A stretch of DNA of 64,000 bases from Piromyces finnis finn (GCA_002104945.1 MCFH01000021.1:1-64000), one strand, 5' to 3'. Shown: positions 35,201-47,513, numbered from the stretch's first letter. Translations and numbers: made by a program. Notes: generated by a model from the sequence alone, not told the origin.

Positions 35201-36100
35201 GAAGATAATATAATCCCAATTGAACAACCATTTACTAGAGTCGGATTAGATATAGTTGGTCCATTACCACTTACTAAACATGGAAATTCTTATATTATTA
35301 CCCTTGTTGATTATTTCACTAAATGGGTTGAAGCTAAAGCAATTCCAAATATGAAATCAGAAGAAGTAATAAAATTTTTAATAGAAGTAATAACAAGACA
35401 TGGTCCACCAGAAATAATTGTTACTGATAATGGAAGTTCATTTATTTCTGATATTACTAAAATGATGATTGATTTATATGGATCATGGGTTCATTTTGTT
35501 TCTCCTCATCACCCACAATCTAATGGTATGATTGAGAATAGAAACAAAGAAATAGGAAAAACTTTAAGACTCTTAATTGAAAATGAATCTGAATGGGACG
35601 AATATCTACCATCTGCATTATGGTCACTTAGAACTACCAAAAATTCAAAAACAAAGTTTAGTAGTTTCGAATTATTATATGGTAGAAGAGACACATGGCC
35701 ATTAGAAATAATGTTTCCCGATATTTATAAAGATCCTAATGAAACAGAAGAAGAATATATTTTTAGAAGATTTTTAAGGCATCAAAATTGGGTAAAACAA
35801 GCTACTGAATATTCTAATCATGCTAATCAATATTGGGAACATAGAATAGGTTTATCCAAAGCTTTAAAGAAGACTTATAAACCGGGTGATTATGTTATGA
35901 TAAGATTAATAGGAAGAAGTAAATTAAATCCTTATTTTTATGGTCCTTATAAAGTCGTTAATAAACAAAAATTTAATACTGTTGTACTTGAAGATCCACA
36001 TACAGGAAAACTACTTGATAGAAATGTACATATTAAAAATATTTTTCCTTACGTTCTACCAGAACAAAATTTAACTTCAAGGGACGAAGTTAATTCTTAA
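32248..36100 (+). pseudogene. pol: G pol with a +1 frameshift near 33936-33940 and a protease active-site D>N change
   Basis: An extra T in GNYNF|KVMPFG splits ORFs 32551-33942 and 33890-36100; YNTG in place of the D(T/S)G motif; FVYIDD, IRTDAS and the integrase core are present. Confidence 0.9.
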
Positions 36101-36929
36101 AAGGCCGAGAAACTGATAAATAATGAAATTAATAAATATAAAATTATTATTATACCTGATTTTTAAGTTAACCCTAAAAGTAACTTAAAACAAGTTATAG
36201 TTTAATTAAGTACTTTACCAAAATTCTTAAATAAAATTAATCCTAAACACTGCATATGTTTTGATTATTGAAAGAAAATAATAAACTTTAATTAATCGAG
36301 ATCAAAATATATAACTTTTGTTAAATTAATTGTTAAATTAAATATTTAATAACTTCGTTAGTAAATTACACTTTAAAAGTAAACAAATATAATAATTCAT
36401 GTTATAAAATAATATAATTAAACACCTTTATTAAAACATTAAAAATAATTATTACTTTAATTAATTGTAAAATAAACAACTTTTTATATTCTTTAACTTT
36501 TAATTATTTCTTTTATTGTTATTTCTAATTACTTTTATTACTTTTATTGTAAATAGTTATTAATTTTATTGTTTTAATGTAAATAGTTTAAATTTAAAAG
36601 AAAATATAAATACATGTAAATATTCTTATTTTAATCATTATTATTATTATTAATAAAGAAATATTATATAGTTAGATTAATATTTTATAATTTTAATAAT
36701 CACTTTTATACTTAAATAAATAAAATTTTAAATATTTAAATATTAGAAAAACAAGTGTTTCTAATAAAACAATTTAGTGTTTTAACAAAACAATTTTATT
36801 AATTTTTATAAAAACGATTTTAAATCTTAATCAATATAACTTATATAGTTATAACAAAAGATATAATATAATAATCACTTTTTGAAGTAAAATTCAAAAT
36901 TAAGATTATTATCAAATTATATCAGTTGT

Positions 36930-36980
36930 TGATAACGGATTGGTAGTTATATTACAACTTTTTAACTACTTCTTCTGTTA
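36930..36980. mobile_element. 51-bp terminal fragment of a family H LTR
   Basis: Identical to 26399-26449, then cut by an F LTR. Confidence 0.85.
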
Positions 36981-37957
36981 TGTTAAGTTTTTGGATTTGG
37001 TTATGCGGCCAGGTCAGAATGTTATCAATTATATAGTAAATATGTTTTTTAAGAAATTAAATTTAAATATAAAATAACCCTTTAAACTTCCAAATGAGAA
37101 ATTAATATTTATTCTTTAGAATAACTTTTTTATAAAATTTTATTTATTTATTAATAATAATATAAATGATAATATATTTAATAACTATATAATTAAGATT
37201 ATAACTATAATCTTTACAAAGAATTAAAATCGAATTCAATTCATTCTATTTTATATTCTTTGTTCAGATTATTAAATTGATAAAAATAAAGTATTACATG
37301 TAATATGTTAATAATATAATAAGATTGTTTGTTTGTTTGTTTGTTTGTTTTGTCATGACATAAAATAAAATAAACATATGATTAATCATTTAAACACTTG
37401 ATCCATTAACCTATTTTATAATAATTAAAATTATTTAATTTATAAATGTTAACCGTTACACCTAAATGGTTTAGTTCTATTTTTAGTAACAGTCACTATC
37501 ATTAATTAAATTAATATAATTAGAATTTCTATTGATATCTTTTTAATTTTCGTCAAGTCATAAGAAATGTCTATGATCCATACTTGATATCATATTAATT
37601 TTAATTTACTTATTAAAATCTTCGAATGATCATATCTTCCTTAAATGACCTGTTAGAAGGACCGCGATTGTACCAAAATGTAGCTTTTTCCTTAAGCTTT
37701 CTAAAATAACTTACAGCCGTAGCGATCGTTTTTGGCGAGTTACACCTTGTTTCGTGTTTGTTTATTTTTGGTTAAGGGTTATAGTGTATTGATATTAAAT
37801 TTTTTGAAATCATAACCCTTTCACTGAACCAAAATTTAAAAGGTGACTTTTAAAGGTGTTTTAAAATAATTATTGGGATTATTTAATTCTAATTATTATG
37901 TTTAATTAATTATAGATATTATCTGAATTTGTTTTAAATCCAGTTAATATCTTCACA
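36981..37957. mobile_element. Family F LTR with mismatched flanks (probable recombinant)
   Basis: TGTTAAG...CTTCACA, homologous to 38640-39771; flanks TGTTA and TGACA. Confidence 0.85.
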
Positions 37958-37960
37958 TGA

Positions 37961-38009
37961 CACTTTTTGAAGTAAAATTCAAAATTAAGATTATTATCAA
38001 ATTATATCA
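37961..38009. mobile_element. Terminal 49 bp of a family G LTR
   Basis: Matches the G LTR end CACTTTTTGAAG...ATTATATCA. Confidence 0.85.
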
Positions 38010-38012
38010 ACA

Positions 38013-39822
38013 TGGTACAGAATTTTATTATAAGTACCTTTTTCTTTATTGTTTGGGACACTACAACAGTTATAAATAACAAATTTATATTCTAGATGAA
38101 TATTTTTTATTATATATTATTTTATTATTTTATTTATTATTTTATTATTTTTATTACAAGTTTTATTATTTTTATTACAAGTTTTATTATTTTTATTACA
38201 AGTTTTATTATTTATAAGTATTATTTATTATTATTTTATATTATTATTTGTTTTTAAAAATAGGTATAATCTTAGAAAATAAACTAATAATATTATTAAT
38301 TCCTTCACTAAATCTAACAATAATATTATTTATTCTTCTATTATTATCACCTTATCTTTATTTTATTTATAATATAATTAATATAAACTAACTAAAACTA
38401 ACTAAAAACTAAAAACTCTTCTTCTTTTTTTTTATTATATATATACGCGTCTTTCTCTTCCTTATATAATTATATTTTTATCATCCTTATATTAAATTAT
38501 AAAAAGTTTATTTTACTTTAATAAATTATTTATAAGTTTTTAATTTAATTTAATTTACTATTCTTATTATTACTATCGTTATATAAATTTCTCAAATAAA
38601 AATATTTAAATCCATATATATTATAAGGGTTATTTCATTTGTTAAGTTTTTGGGTTTGGTTATGCGGCCAGGTCAGAATGTTATTAATTATATAGTAAAA
38701 ATGTTTTTTAAGAAATTAAATTTAATTATAAAATAACACCTTAAACTCCCAAATGAAAAATGAAAAATTTATATTTACTTTAAAATAACTTTTTATAAAT
38801 TTTTTATTTATTTAATAATAATAATATAAATGATATTATAAGTAACTATATAATTAAGATTATAACTATAATCTTTACAAAGAATTAAAATCGAATTCAA
38901 TTCATTCTCTTTTATATTCTTTGTTCAGATTATTAAATTGATATTAATAAGAATAAAGTATTACATGTAATATATTAGTAATATAATTAAATAAGTAATA
39001 AGATTGTTTGTTTGTTTGTTTGTTTGTCATGACATAAAATAAAATAAACATATGATTAATCATTTAAACAGTTGATCCTAATTAGTAATTATAAAAACTA
39101 TTCAATTAATAATTCATCATTATTAATTGATATTACCATAACATATTTGTTATAATTAAATAATTATTATTTTCAAAATTATTTCTAATAAAACTTGCCG
39201 TTAACCTATTTTATAATAATTAAGATTATTTAATTTATAGGTGTTAACTGTTACATCTAAATGGGTCTAGTTCTATTTTTAGTAACAATCGTTATCATTA
39301 ATTAAATTAATATAACTAAAATTCCTATTGATATATTTTTAATTTCATCAAGTCATAAGAAATATTTATGATCCATACTTGATATCATATTGATTTTAAT
39401 TTACCTAATAAAGTCTTTAAATGATCATAACTTCCTTAAATGATCAGTTAGAAGGACCGCGATTGTACCAAATTGTAGCTTTCTTCCTAAGCTTTCCAAT
39501 AAACCTAGTTTCATCACCGTAGCACTTACAGCCGTAGCGATCGTTTTTGGCGAGTTACACCTTATTTCGTACTTGCTTATTTTTGGTTAAGGGTTATAGT
39601 GTATTGATATTAAATTTTTGAAATCATAACCCTTTCACTGAATCAAAATTTAAAAGGTGACTTTTAAAAGTGTTTTAAAATAATTATTGAAATTATTTAA
39701 TTATAATTATTATGTTTAATTAATTATAGATATTATCTGAATTTGTTTTAAATCCAGTTAATATCTTCACATCATTTACCAAATATATGGATTTATTGCA
39801 TTTTTCTGAATGTGGTGTACCA
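38013..39822 (-). mobile_element. Family C solo LTR interrupted by F
   Basis: TGGTACA...TGTACCA; TSD AACA; more diverged than the LTRs of full-length C. Confidence 0.9.
38640..39771. mobile_element. Family F solo LTR (1132 bp)
   Basis: TG...CA with 5-bp TSD TCATT (38635-38639 and 39772-39776). Confidence 0.9.
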
Positions 39823-39827
39823 AACAC

Positions 39828-40587
39828 TGATGCAATATATTTCAAAAACACCATAAATAAAATATAATTATGAACGTTAGCAATAGGGAATGATATATGA
39901 ATAATATATTAGTTAATATTGTATTTATTTCTATTTTATAATAATAAAAATAAATAATAAAAATAATAAATTTTATAATAATATAATTAAATAGATTTTG
40001 GTTTAAAGATTCTTTATTTAATTATTATTATTATTATGATTATAACATTAATAACATTCAATACTAATAGGATCGAAAGTTATTATTGAATAAATATAAA
40101 TAGTTAAATATAACGTGTAAATATAAAAATATGTTGATGAAAGTATTATTAATGATAAAATATAACTTTTCTGAAATAGTAAAAATAAACAATAAATATT
40201 CTTTTCTTTTATAACTAATATTTAAACTGAAGGAAATATAATAAATACTAAATACGTAATTATTAACCTAAAACTAACTTAAACTAAAACTATTAATATA
40301 AAAATAAAATAAAATAAAACTAATACTTAAAACTAAAATATCAAATATTATTTATAAATGAAAAGTTCTCCCTCTTGATATCTTCTGCTTTAACACTCTC
40401 TTTTATATCTTTTCCTTTCTTGTGTAACTAATTATTCTAATGTATGTGTAACATTTGCGTCATAATAATTTATACTAATATAGTTTAATTATTATTATCA
40501 TTAGTAATTGATATACAATTTATAAAAGGATTAGATATTATTCATAAAATATTTAAAATATTATATTTTTCTATGCATCTTGTATCA
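39828..40587. mobile_element. Family I solo LTR (760 bp)
   Basis: TGATGCAA...TTGTATCA inverted termini; flanks AACAC and AACA. Confidence 0.7.
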
Positions 40588-40591
40588 AACA

Positions 40592-41449
40592 TGCTACGGT
40601 TCAAATAAGATATCACAAAACACTTGAATAGTTATAAAAATAAAAATTTATTTAATTTTAATTTTTATTCATTTAATTTATTTTTGATTTTTCAATTTTT
40701 AAAATTTTTCTCAAAAATCCTCGTACTTTTTCCAACTATCCATTATTTGAAATTTAATGGTTTTGGATAGCTAAGGATTTAAATTGATTTCATTCATAAT
40801 ATATGGATCATTCACTGTAACATATATTAATTAAATCCTTAATATATATTATGAATAATCTCTTAATATTTGAATAGAAAAATTTTTAATTTATAATTAA
40901 TAAAATTTTAATTTATGATATGTGTAACATTTTTGCATATCATATATTATATATTTAATTATGACATATAATAAAATTATATTATTCAATTAATTATGCC
41001 CTTTTTTAGACATAAATAATAATTTTTCTGTCGAGGTATCTTCTGTTTTGTGTGTAACAGTTGCCTCTTTTAGTAAAAATTATAATTAAATTCTATGTCA
41101 TAATTTCAAATTATAAAATATTATACAATAAAGTTAATTAATAAAATAAACCTTAAATAATAATAAAATACCTATAACTATTTTAATAATAAAATTTTGT
41201 AAAATTTATAAGTATAAAATATTATAAGTAATTATACTAATACTAATAATAAAGGTCTTAAATAACTATATACAAATAATATAACTATATAATAAAAATA
41301 TTAATAATTACTAGAAAAATGTATAAAAATTATATATTATAATTTTTATATTTTAAAAATAGAGTTAAACACTAGTAAGGAATATAAATAGTTGAAGGTT
41401 AATTCCTAAAATTCTAGCTAATTCAACTATTTATGTTCATTCCTTAACA
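40592..41449. mobile_element. Family J solo LTR (858 bp), termini related to A
   Basis: TGCTACGGTTC...TTCCTTAACA versus A TGTTACGGTTC...TTCCTTAACA; TSD AACA. Confidence 0.75.
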
Positions 41450-42148
41450 AACATGGTACAGAATTTTATTATAAGTACCTTTTTCTTTATTGTTTGGGAC
41501 ACTACAACAGTTATAAATAACAAATTTATATTCTAGATGAATATTTTTTTATTATATATTATTTTATTATTTTGTTTATTATTTTATTATTTTTATTACA
41601 AGCTTTATTATTTATAAGTATTATTTATTATTATTTTATATTATTATTTGTTTTAAAAAAAATAGGTATAATCTTAGAAAATAAACTAATATTATTATTA
41701 ATTCCTTCACTAAATCTAACAATAATATTATTTATTCTTCTATTATTATCACCTTATCTTTATTTTATTTATAATATAACTAATATAAACTAACTAAAAA
41801 CTAACTAAAAACTAAAAACTCTTCTTTTTTTTTTTATATATATATACGCGTCTTTTTCTTCCTTATATAATTATATTTTTATCATCCTTATATTAAATTA
41901 TAAAAAGTTTATTTTACTTTAATAAATTATTTATAAGTTATTAATTTAATTTAATTTACCATTCTTATTATTACTATCGTTATATAAATTTATTAAATAA
42001 AAATATTTAAATCCATATATATTATAAGGGTTATTTCATTTACCAAATATATGGATTTATTGCATTTTTCTGAATGTGGTGTACCAAGACATCCCGCCTT
42101 AGTTTGGACTTCGTCCCTTGAAGTCCAATTTTAAATATTTTTTTTTTA

Positions 42149-45100
42149 TTACAATTCAGAAAAATATGGAATTATATTCTTTAAGTGAATATTCCGTTCT
42201 GCAATTTCCCCTGAAATAGGATCACAAACTGTAACTGTATTAAATTCTTTCTTTATGATTTTTAAGGGTCCAGTAAAATAAGGGTCCAGTTTCCTTCTAT
42301 TGAATACTTTAACTAATACTAAATCTCCAGGTTTATATGCGGCTCTCATTCGTTTACTCTGTCGTCTCCGGTCACTCCATAATTTATTGGCTGTTTCAAT
42401 ATTATCGATGGCTTCTTGTATCCACTTATGATGTCTCACGAACTTCTGTATCCAATATTCCTCTTCGTTCTCATACTTATTCCTGTCTTTCATCAAAGAT
42501 AGTTCGAAGGGTTGTAGATCTTTGCGTCCATATAGTAGTTCAAAGCTGCTGAACTTTGTAATTTCGTTTTTACAAGTTCTAAGAGCCCATAATGCACTAG
42601 GCAGTATTTCATCCCATTCATCTTCTTCATTACCTAATAGTTTCAGATATTTGATTATCTCCTTATTCCGGTTTTCCACTTCTCCATTAGATGCAGGGTG
42701 GTATGTCGATACGTATTGGACGTACACGTCATGTAAATCCAGGAATGCCTTCGTCTTATCAGATCTAAATTGAGGCCCATTGTCTGTTACTAGAACCTCT
42801 GGAATACCATGGCGAGAAAATACCCTCTTCAAAAAGTCAATGACATCATCGGATTCTATATTCTCCAAAGCCTCAGCCTCCACCCATTTAGTTAAATAGT
42901 CCACTAGGACAATGATGTATTTATTGCCTTTATTTGTTATTGGCAACGGACCTACCAGATCAAGACCTACTCTTGAAAATGGTAAGCCTGGCTTTGTAGG
43001 TATGCTTTCAACAAAAAGGTTAGATTTCTGTGGCTTGAATTGTTGGCATCTTGGACAACACTTAATATAAATTTTTATATCGTTATTCATGCCCTTCCAA
43101 TAAAATTCCTTCTTTAGCCTATGATAGGTCTTGTATATACCTTCATGTCCGATAGAATGAGCGGCTTCAATTAGTCTGAATTTTTCTTCGTCATCATCTA
43201 TAATTCTTCTTAGTTTCCCATTACTCTTGTAGTATTGTATTCCATCCATAGTTATAAGTTTCCTATTAATAAAATCATTTATATTTTTATATTGATTATT
43301 ATTCTCACTTATTTTATTATTAGTAGTATTACTATTGTTCTCCACGATCACGTTGATTGTTTGTTTGTTATGACTTGGTCTTGGTGCTAACTGACTTTCT
43401 TCCTTACTGGTCAATCTTGATAGAGCGTCAGCTATTACATTCTTCTTTCCTTCTTCGTACAACACTTTGATTTTTAATATACTAAACGTAGTGACCCATT
43501 TAAGATGTCGATTATTGGTTGGTTCGCTATTATTAATCAATCCAACTAGCGGTTTATGGTCGGTGATTAATTCAGTTTCCAACGTATTTCCTACTATATA
43601 ATGCTTGAATTTCCTAGAACAATAATATGCAGCTGTCCCTTCTAAATCTGTTACACTATAGTTTTCTTCTGATTTATTCAGTGTCCTACTTACAAAGTGT
43701 AGTGGTTTCTCCATTCCATCTTCATCTATTTGTAAAATCACTCCACCTATCCCATTACGTGATGCATCTGTTCTAATCTTGAATGATTTATCAAAATCCG
43801 GTGGCATTAATATCGGAGCTTCTATTAGTCTTAATTTTAAGATTTCAAATGAATTATTCGCCTCTGGATTCCATTTGAACTCTTCGTCTTTCTTTAATAA
43901 CTTAAATAATGGTTTAGCATATTGTGCAAATTTATCAATAAATTTTCGGTAGTAACTTACAGCCCCTAAAAACGAACGCAATTGAGAAACATTTTTCGGT
44001 GGTAGCCAATTCATGATTACCTGCGTTTTCCCCGGAATTGGTTTAATTCCTTCTTTAGATAATACATGGCCTAGCAATTCTACTTCTTCTTGAAAGAAGT
44101 GACACTTCTCAATGTTGATTCTTAAACCATTTTCCCTGAGTATTTTAAAAACCTTTGATAAATCTCTAATATGTTCTTCCATTGTATTGGAAAAGACTAT
44201 CAAATCATCAATATAAATAAAGACACACTTCCCAATAAGGTCGAAGAAAATCCTGTTCATTTCTCTCTGGAAGGTAGCTGGGGCATTACATAACCCGAAA
44301 GGCATTACCTTGAAATTATAGTTTCCATATATAGTGGTAAAACATGTAAGATCTTCATCCTCAGGATACATCGGAACTTGGTGGTAACCCGAAAACAAAT
44401 CCATAGTAGTCAAAACAGCTTTCTTACCTACGTAGCACAGTATGTCATCAATTAGTGGTAGAGCGTAGGAATCCTTTATTGTACATTCATTTAAGCGTCG
44501 ATAATCCACACACATTCGGTATTTTCCATTTTTCTTAGGCACTAAGACTACAGGCGACGACCACGATGAATGGGATGGTTCAATTAATTTATTCTTAATC
44601 AGCTTGGTTAACTCCTCTTTCAATGCATCTGCTTGCACTTTTGATAGCCTATATGCTCGTTGTTTAAAAGGAAACGAGTTTGGCTTCAACCTGATACGAT
44701 GAGGTAGTAATTTTGTTCTACTCAGATCGTCAGTTTTAACAGCGATAACATGATTAAATTTATCAAATAGCTTTCTTACTACATCTCTAATATCTTTCGG
44801 AATTTTATTCACAATATTATTAATAATATTTTCTTTTGTTTCTAACGTTCCTTCTTTTCCTTCATTCTGGGTAGACATCGCTACTGTTATTAACATTGGT
44901 GTTTCTTCTATAGTTTCCTCCTCTGAATCCTCCCCTTTAGATTCCTGGAGATTTACATCATAATGGAGGTCTGCAATTTTCATGGGAGAATTGTTTTTAT
45001 CAATGTAATATAAATTATCATCCACAAAATTTAAACTAAACCTATTCCTTTTAAGGGAATCGATTCCAATTAATATATCAAAGATATCATCTTTTTCGAT

Positions 45101-46228
45101 AACCCTAAATATCTCTGTGAAAGTCTTCTCGCCAATTGTGATTTTTAGTTTATATATATCCGTATTCGATGAAGTATTGGAATATGCCTGAAATATTGTC
45201 TCTGTAATATTTCCTACTGGCTGCTTGTGAATCCTAAATTTGCGGAGTGCTGACTTTGTTATCATATTAACGCTGGCACATGAATCTAAGAATATTTCAG
45301 CCTCCACATCTTCTACCTTCCCGCGGACTTTGACAACTTTATGTTCTCCAAGCAAGGTGACAGCATTTGTTACTGCATTTTTGAATTTTGGTGTTAATTT
45401 CAACTTCTGGGCAAATGCTGTGCGGAATTTTGGGAACAGGTCTAATAAATTCACAAGTTTTGTTACCACTTCTGTTGAAGCTACTTCTTTAACTAAATCA
45501 TCTACCTTGAACTCTTCAAAACCATCCATTAGACGTATGTGTTTTTCAATATTTAAAATTTGTTCTTGCGGTGGGTTAGGGTTTATTTTATCTATTTCCT
45601 TCCTTTCTTGTTTCTTCATTTCAGCATTTCTTTCTTCCCGATTTTTCTTCTTTACATTCTCTATTCTTTTATCATTTAGATAGGATACATCCAAGTGTTC
45701 TAACTTCTCTACTTTGTTTAATTTTCTATTTTCCTTAGGAGTTGTTGCTTTGCTCTTATCATTCTTGCCCAATTCTTCATTTATATCATCCAACTCCTCT
45801 TCCATTTCTTCTTTTCCTATGGTTTCTATTAACTTATTTTCATCTTTGGTTGATTTTCCATCAGAATCTATTGTTATAATTTCAGAAGTGTCCAAGTTCA
45901 TCTCCTTATCATTATTATTTATATAATTCCTTCTCTTATCTAATTGCTCATTATACTTCATAGCAGCAGTTTTAATAGGCATAGGATTTCGCTGTAGTTT
46001 ATTCTCATGCATTCTCTTTATTTGGCTGGTTGTTTCCTTGTGCGCATTTTTAGCTTTGCTATTTGTGTCTTTTGATTTCTTCGTTGCAACCAAGGTTATA
46101 GACGAAGGCTCTCGGTAATTATTATTTGAGGTATTAGTATTAATTATGGTTTTATCTACCGTTGGTTGTACCACCGATAGATTGGTTTGTTTACTGGGAG
46201 TTGTCCTTCTCCCAGAGTTTAGTTTAAA
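42149..46228 (-). CDS. pol: Element C Pol (protease, RT, RNase H, integrase), -1 frameshift entry at TTTAAAC 46222-46228
   Basis: IFLDSCAS, FIYIDD, IRTDAS, HSIGH..C..C, LDLVGP/TDNG; stem CTGGGAG/CTCCCAG at 46194-46215. Confidence 0.95.
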   Translation of the reverse strand, partial: FKLNSGRRTTPSKQTNLSVVQPTVDKTIINTNTSNNNYREPSSITLVATKKSKDTNSKAKNAHKETTSQIKRMHENKLQRNPMPIKTAAMKYNEQLDKRRNYINNNDKEMNLDTSEIITIDSDGKSTKDENKLIETIGKEEMEEELDDINEELGKNDKSKATTPKENRKLNKVEKLEHLDVSYLNDKRIENVKKKNREERNAEMKKQERKEIDKINPNPPQEQILNIEKHIRLMDGFEEFKVDDLVKEVASTEVVTKLVNLLDLFPKFRTAFAQKLKLTPKFKNAVTNAVTLLGEHKVVKVRGKVEDVEAEIFLDSCASVNMITKSALRKFRIHKQPVGNITETIFQAYSNTSSNTDIYKLKITIGEKTFTEIFRVIEKDDIFDILIGIDSLKRNRFSLNFVDDNLYYIDKNNSPMKIADLHYDVNLQESKGEDSEEETIEETPMLITVAMSTQNEGKEGTLETKENIINNIVNKIPKDIRDVVRKLFDKFNHVIAVKTDDLSRTKLLPHRIRLKPNSFPFKQRAYRLSKVQADALKEELTKLIKNKLIEPSHSSWSSPVVLVPKKNGKYRMCVDYRRLNECTIKDSYALPLIDDILCYVGKKAVLTTMDLFSGYHQVPMYPEDEDLTCFTTIYGNYNFKVMPFGLCNAPATFQREMNRIFFDLIGKCVFIYIDDLIVFSNTMEEHIRDLSKVFKILRENGLRINIEKCHFFQEEVELLGHVLSKEGIKPIPGKTQVIMNWLPPKNVSQLRSFLGAVSYYRKFIDKFAQYAKPLFKLLKKDEEFKWNPEANNSFEILKLRLIEAPILMPPDFDKSFKIRTDASRNGIGGVILQIDEDGMEKPLHFVSRTLNKSEENYSVTDLEGTAAYYCSRKFKHYIVGNTLETELITDHKPLVGLINNSEPTNNRHLKWVTTFSILKIKVLYEEGKKNVIADALSRLTSKEESQLAPRPSHNKQTINVIVENNSNTTNNKISENNNQYKNINDFINRKLITMDGIQYYKSNGKLRRIIDDDEEKFRLIEAAHSIGHEGIYKTYHRLKKEFYWKGMNNDIKIYIKCCPRCQQFKPQKSNLFVESIPTKPGLPFSRVGLDLVGPLPITNKGNKYIIVLVDYLTKWVEAEALENIESDDVIDFLKRVFSRHGIPEVLVTDNGPQFRSDKTKAFLDLHDVYVQYVSTYHPASNGEVENRNKEIIKYLKLLGNEEDEWDEILPSALWALRTCKNEITKFSSFELLYGRKDLQPFELSLMKDRNKYENEEEYWIQKFVRHHKWIQEAIDNIETANKLWSDRRRQSKRMRAAYKPGDLVLVKVFNRRKLDPYFTGPLKIIKKEFNTVTVCDPISGEIAERNIHLKNIIPYFSEL

Positions 46229-47078
46229 AGCCCCTTTTCTTCCATTTCGGCAAGTTGTTTAAAAGTATATGGACATTCTATACGTTTGTGTCCATTTTGT
46301 CCACATCTGAAACATTTTATATCGGAATTTCTTTCATCAATCTCCCTTGGAATAGCATTGGTTGGTTCTATCAGGGATACCCTTTTTTCCGCATTTCTTG
46401 TTGTAGAATAAGATTTATTCATGCCTTGATAAGGGATTAAACCCATTCTACTATTATTATCATTCTGTTGATTTACATAACCATTGATGTTGCTCCAATT
46501 AGACTGTCCTCCATAAACTCTGCGGTAGCTAGTCCTAGTTCTATTGAAATATGGATATCTAAAGTTCTGGTTAATATTCTTCCTGTCGTAATATGAATTA
46601 TGCGAATCCTCTTTATTATCATTCATAAGTCCAGTATAAATCGGATGATTTAATAGAACATTATCACTTTGGGCAGCTAAAGTAACATTCCTTGTTCCTC
46701 TCCTTTGGTTAACTTGTTCATTGTTTTTCTCTTTAATTTCTCTCTCAGTATTTTCAGCTCGTTCAGCAATTTTGTAAGCTTCTTGTAGGTTCTCACAATC
46801 AGACATTCCTACCTGGGAGCACGGATAGACACGAGCACTAATAGAGTCTCTATATTCCTTCACTGTTATTAATTTCTGATATTCCCTACTTAGATTATGA
46901 TACAAGTTTCGATATCTATAATTAAACTTTTTTATAGTTTCTCCTTCCGCAATATTCATGTTTCTAAGTAGGGTCCATTTATCTCCCTCAGTAATCTTCA
47001 TATCTTCTTCGATGGCTATTTGTATTTCTTTAAGTGATGGGTAATGGACTTCATTATTTCTTCTTATTTTTAACCTTC

Positions 47079-47513
47079 TGTAAAGAAATGTGTCTTTAAC
47101 AATAAAACAAATTATAATATTTACTAAATAACTTAGTAATATTAACACTTTAAAATAATCTGTAAATTATTAATTTATAAAAATATCATTAAAAACACAT
47201 AGAATTTAACTTAATAAGTTAGTGTTTAATAATATAATTATTTATTAATAAAATCTCGATTCTTTAAAATATTTGGGAAAATTCACTCGTATTTATACTA
47301 AAAATTTTTTAAATTAATTTATAAATTTTTTTCAACTTAAAATTCTTAACCAATCAATAATCTTCATATAAAATAAAATTTAAAAATAAAATAAAATAAA
47401 ATTATAATTTTTTTTAAAATAGTATCTATGAGGTCTCGAACTAGTGTCATTCAGACTCAAAGTCTTAGCTACTAACCACTAAGACAATTTAGTTATTTCT
47501 AGTATTCATTACA
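47079..47513 (-). mobile_element. Solo LTR N2 (435 bp), a diverged relative of the N LTR
   Basis: TGTAATGAATAC...CTTTACA; 5-bp TSD GAAGG; its start aligns with the N LTR start. Confidence 0.9.
47420..47493 (-). promoter_or_regulatory. Pseudo-tRNA(Gln-like) A/B-box element in LTR N2
   Basis: TGTCTTAGTGG (T8 at 47486), GACTTTGAGTC, AGTTCGAGAC (G53 at 47441); 45 nt from T8 to G53. Confidence 0.7.

Larger units (their letters stand above)
28523..36924 (+). mobile_element. Full-length but defective Ty3/gypsy element G
   Basis: 811-bp LTRs at 28523-29333 and 36114-36924; TSD ATTG/GTTG (1 mismatch); PBS at 29335-29351; PPT AAAAGGCCGAGAAAC. Confidence 0.95.

Noticed and set aside
41572-41793. Small hydrophobic ORFs in LTRs and AT-rich DNA (also 48306-48527, 59318-59512, 8642-9202, 13192-13476)
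   Set aside because: Low-complexity products expected from A/T composition, with no motifs
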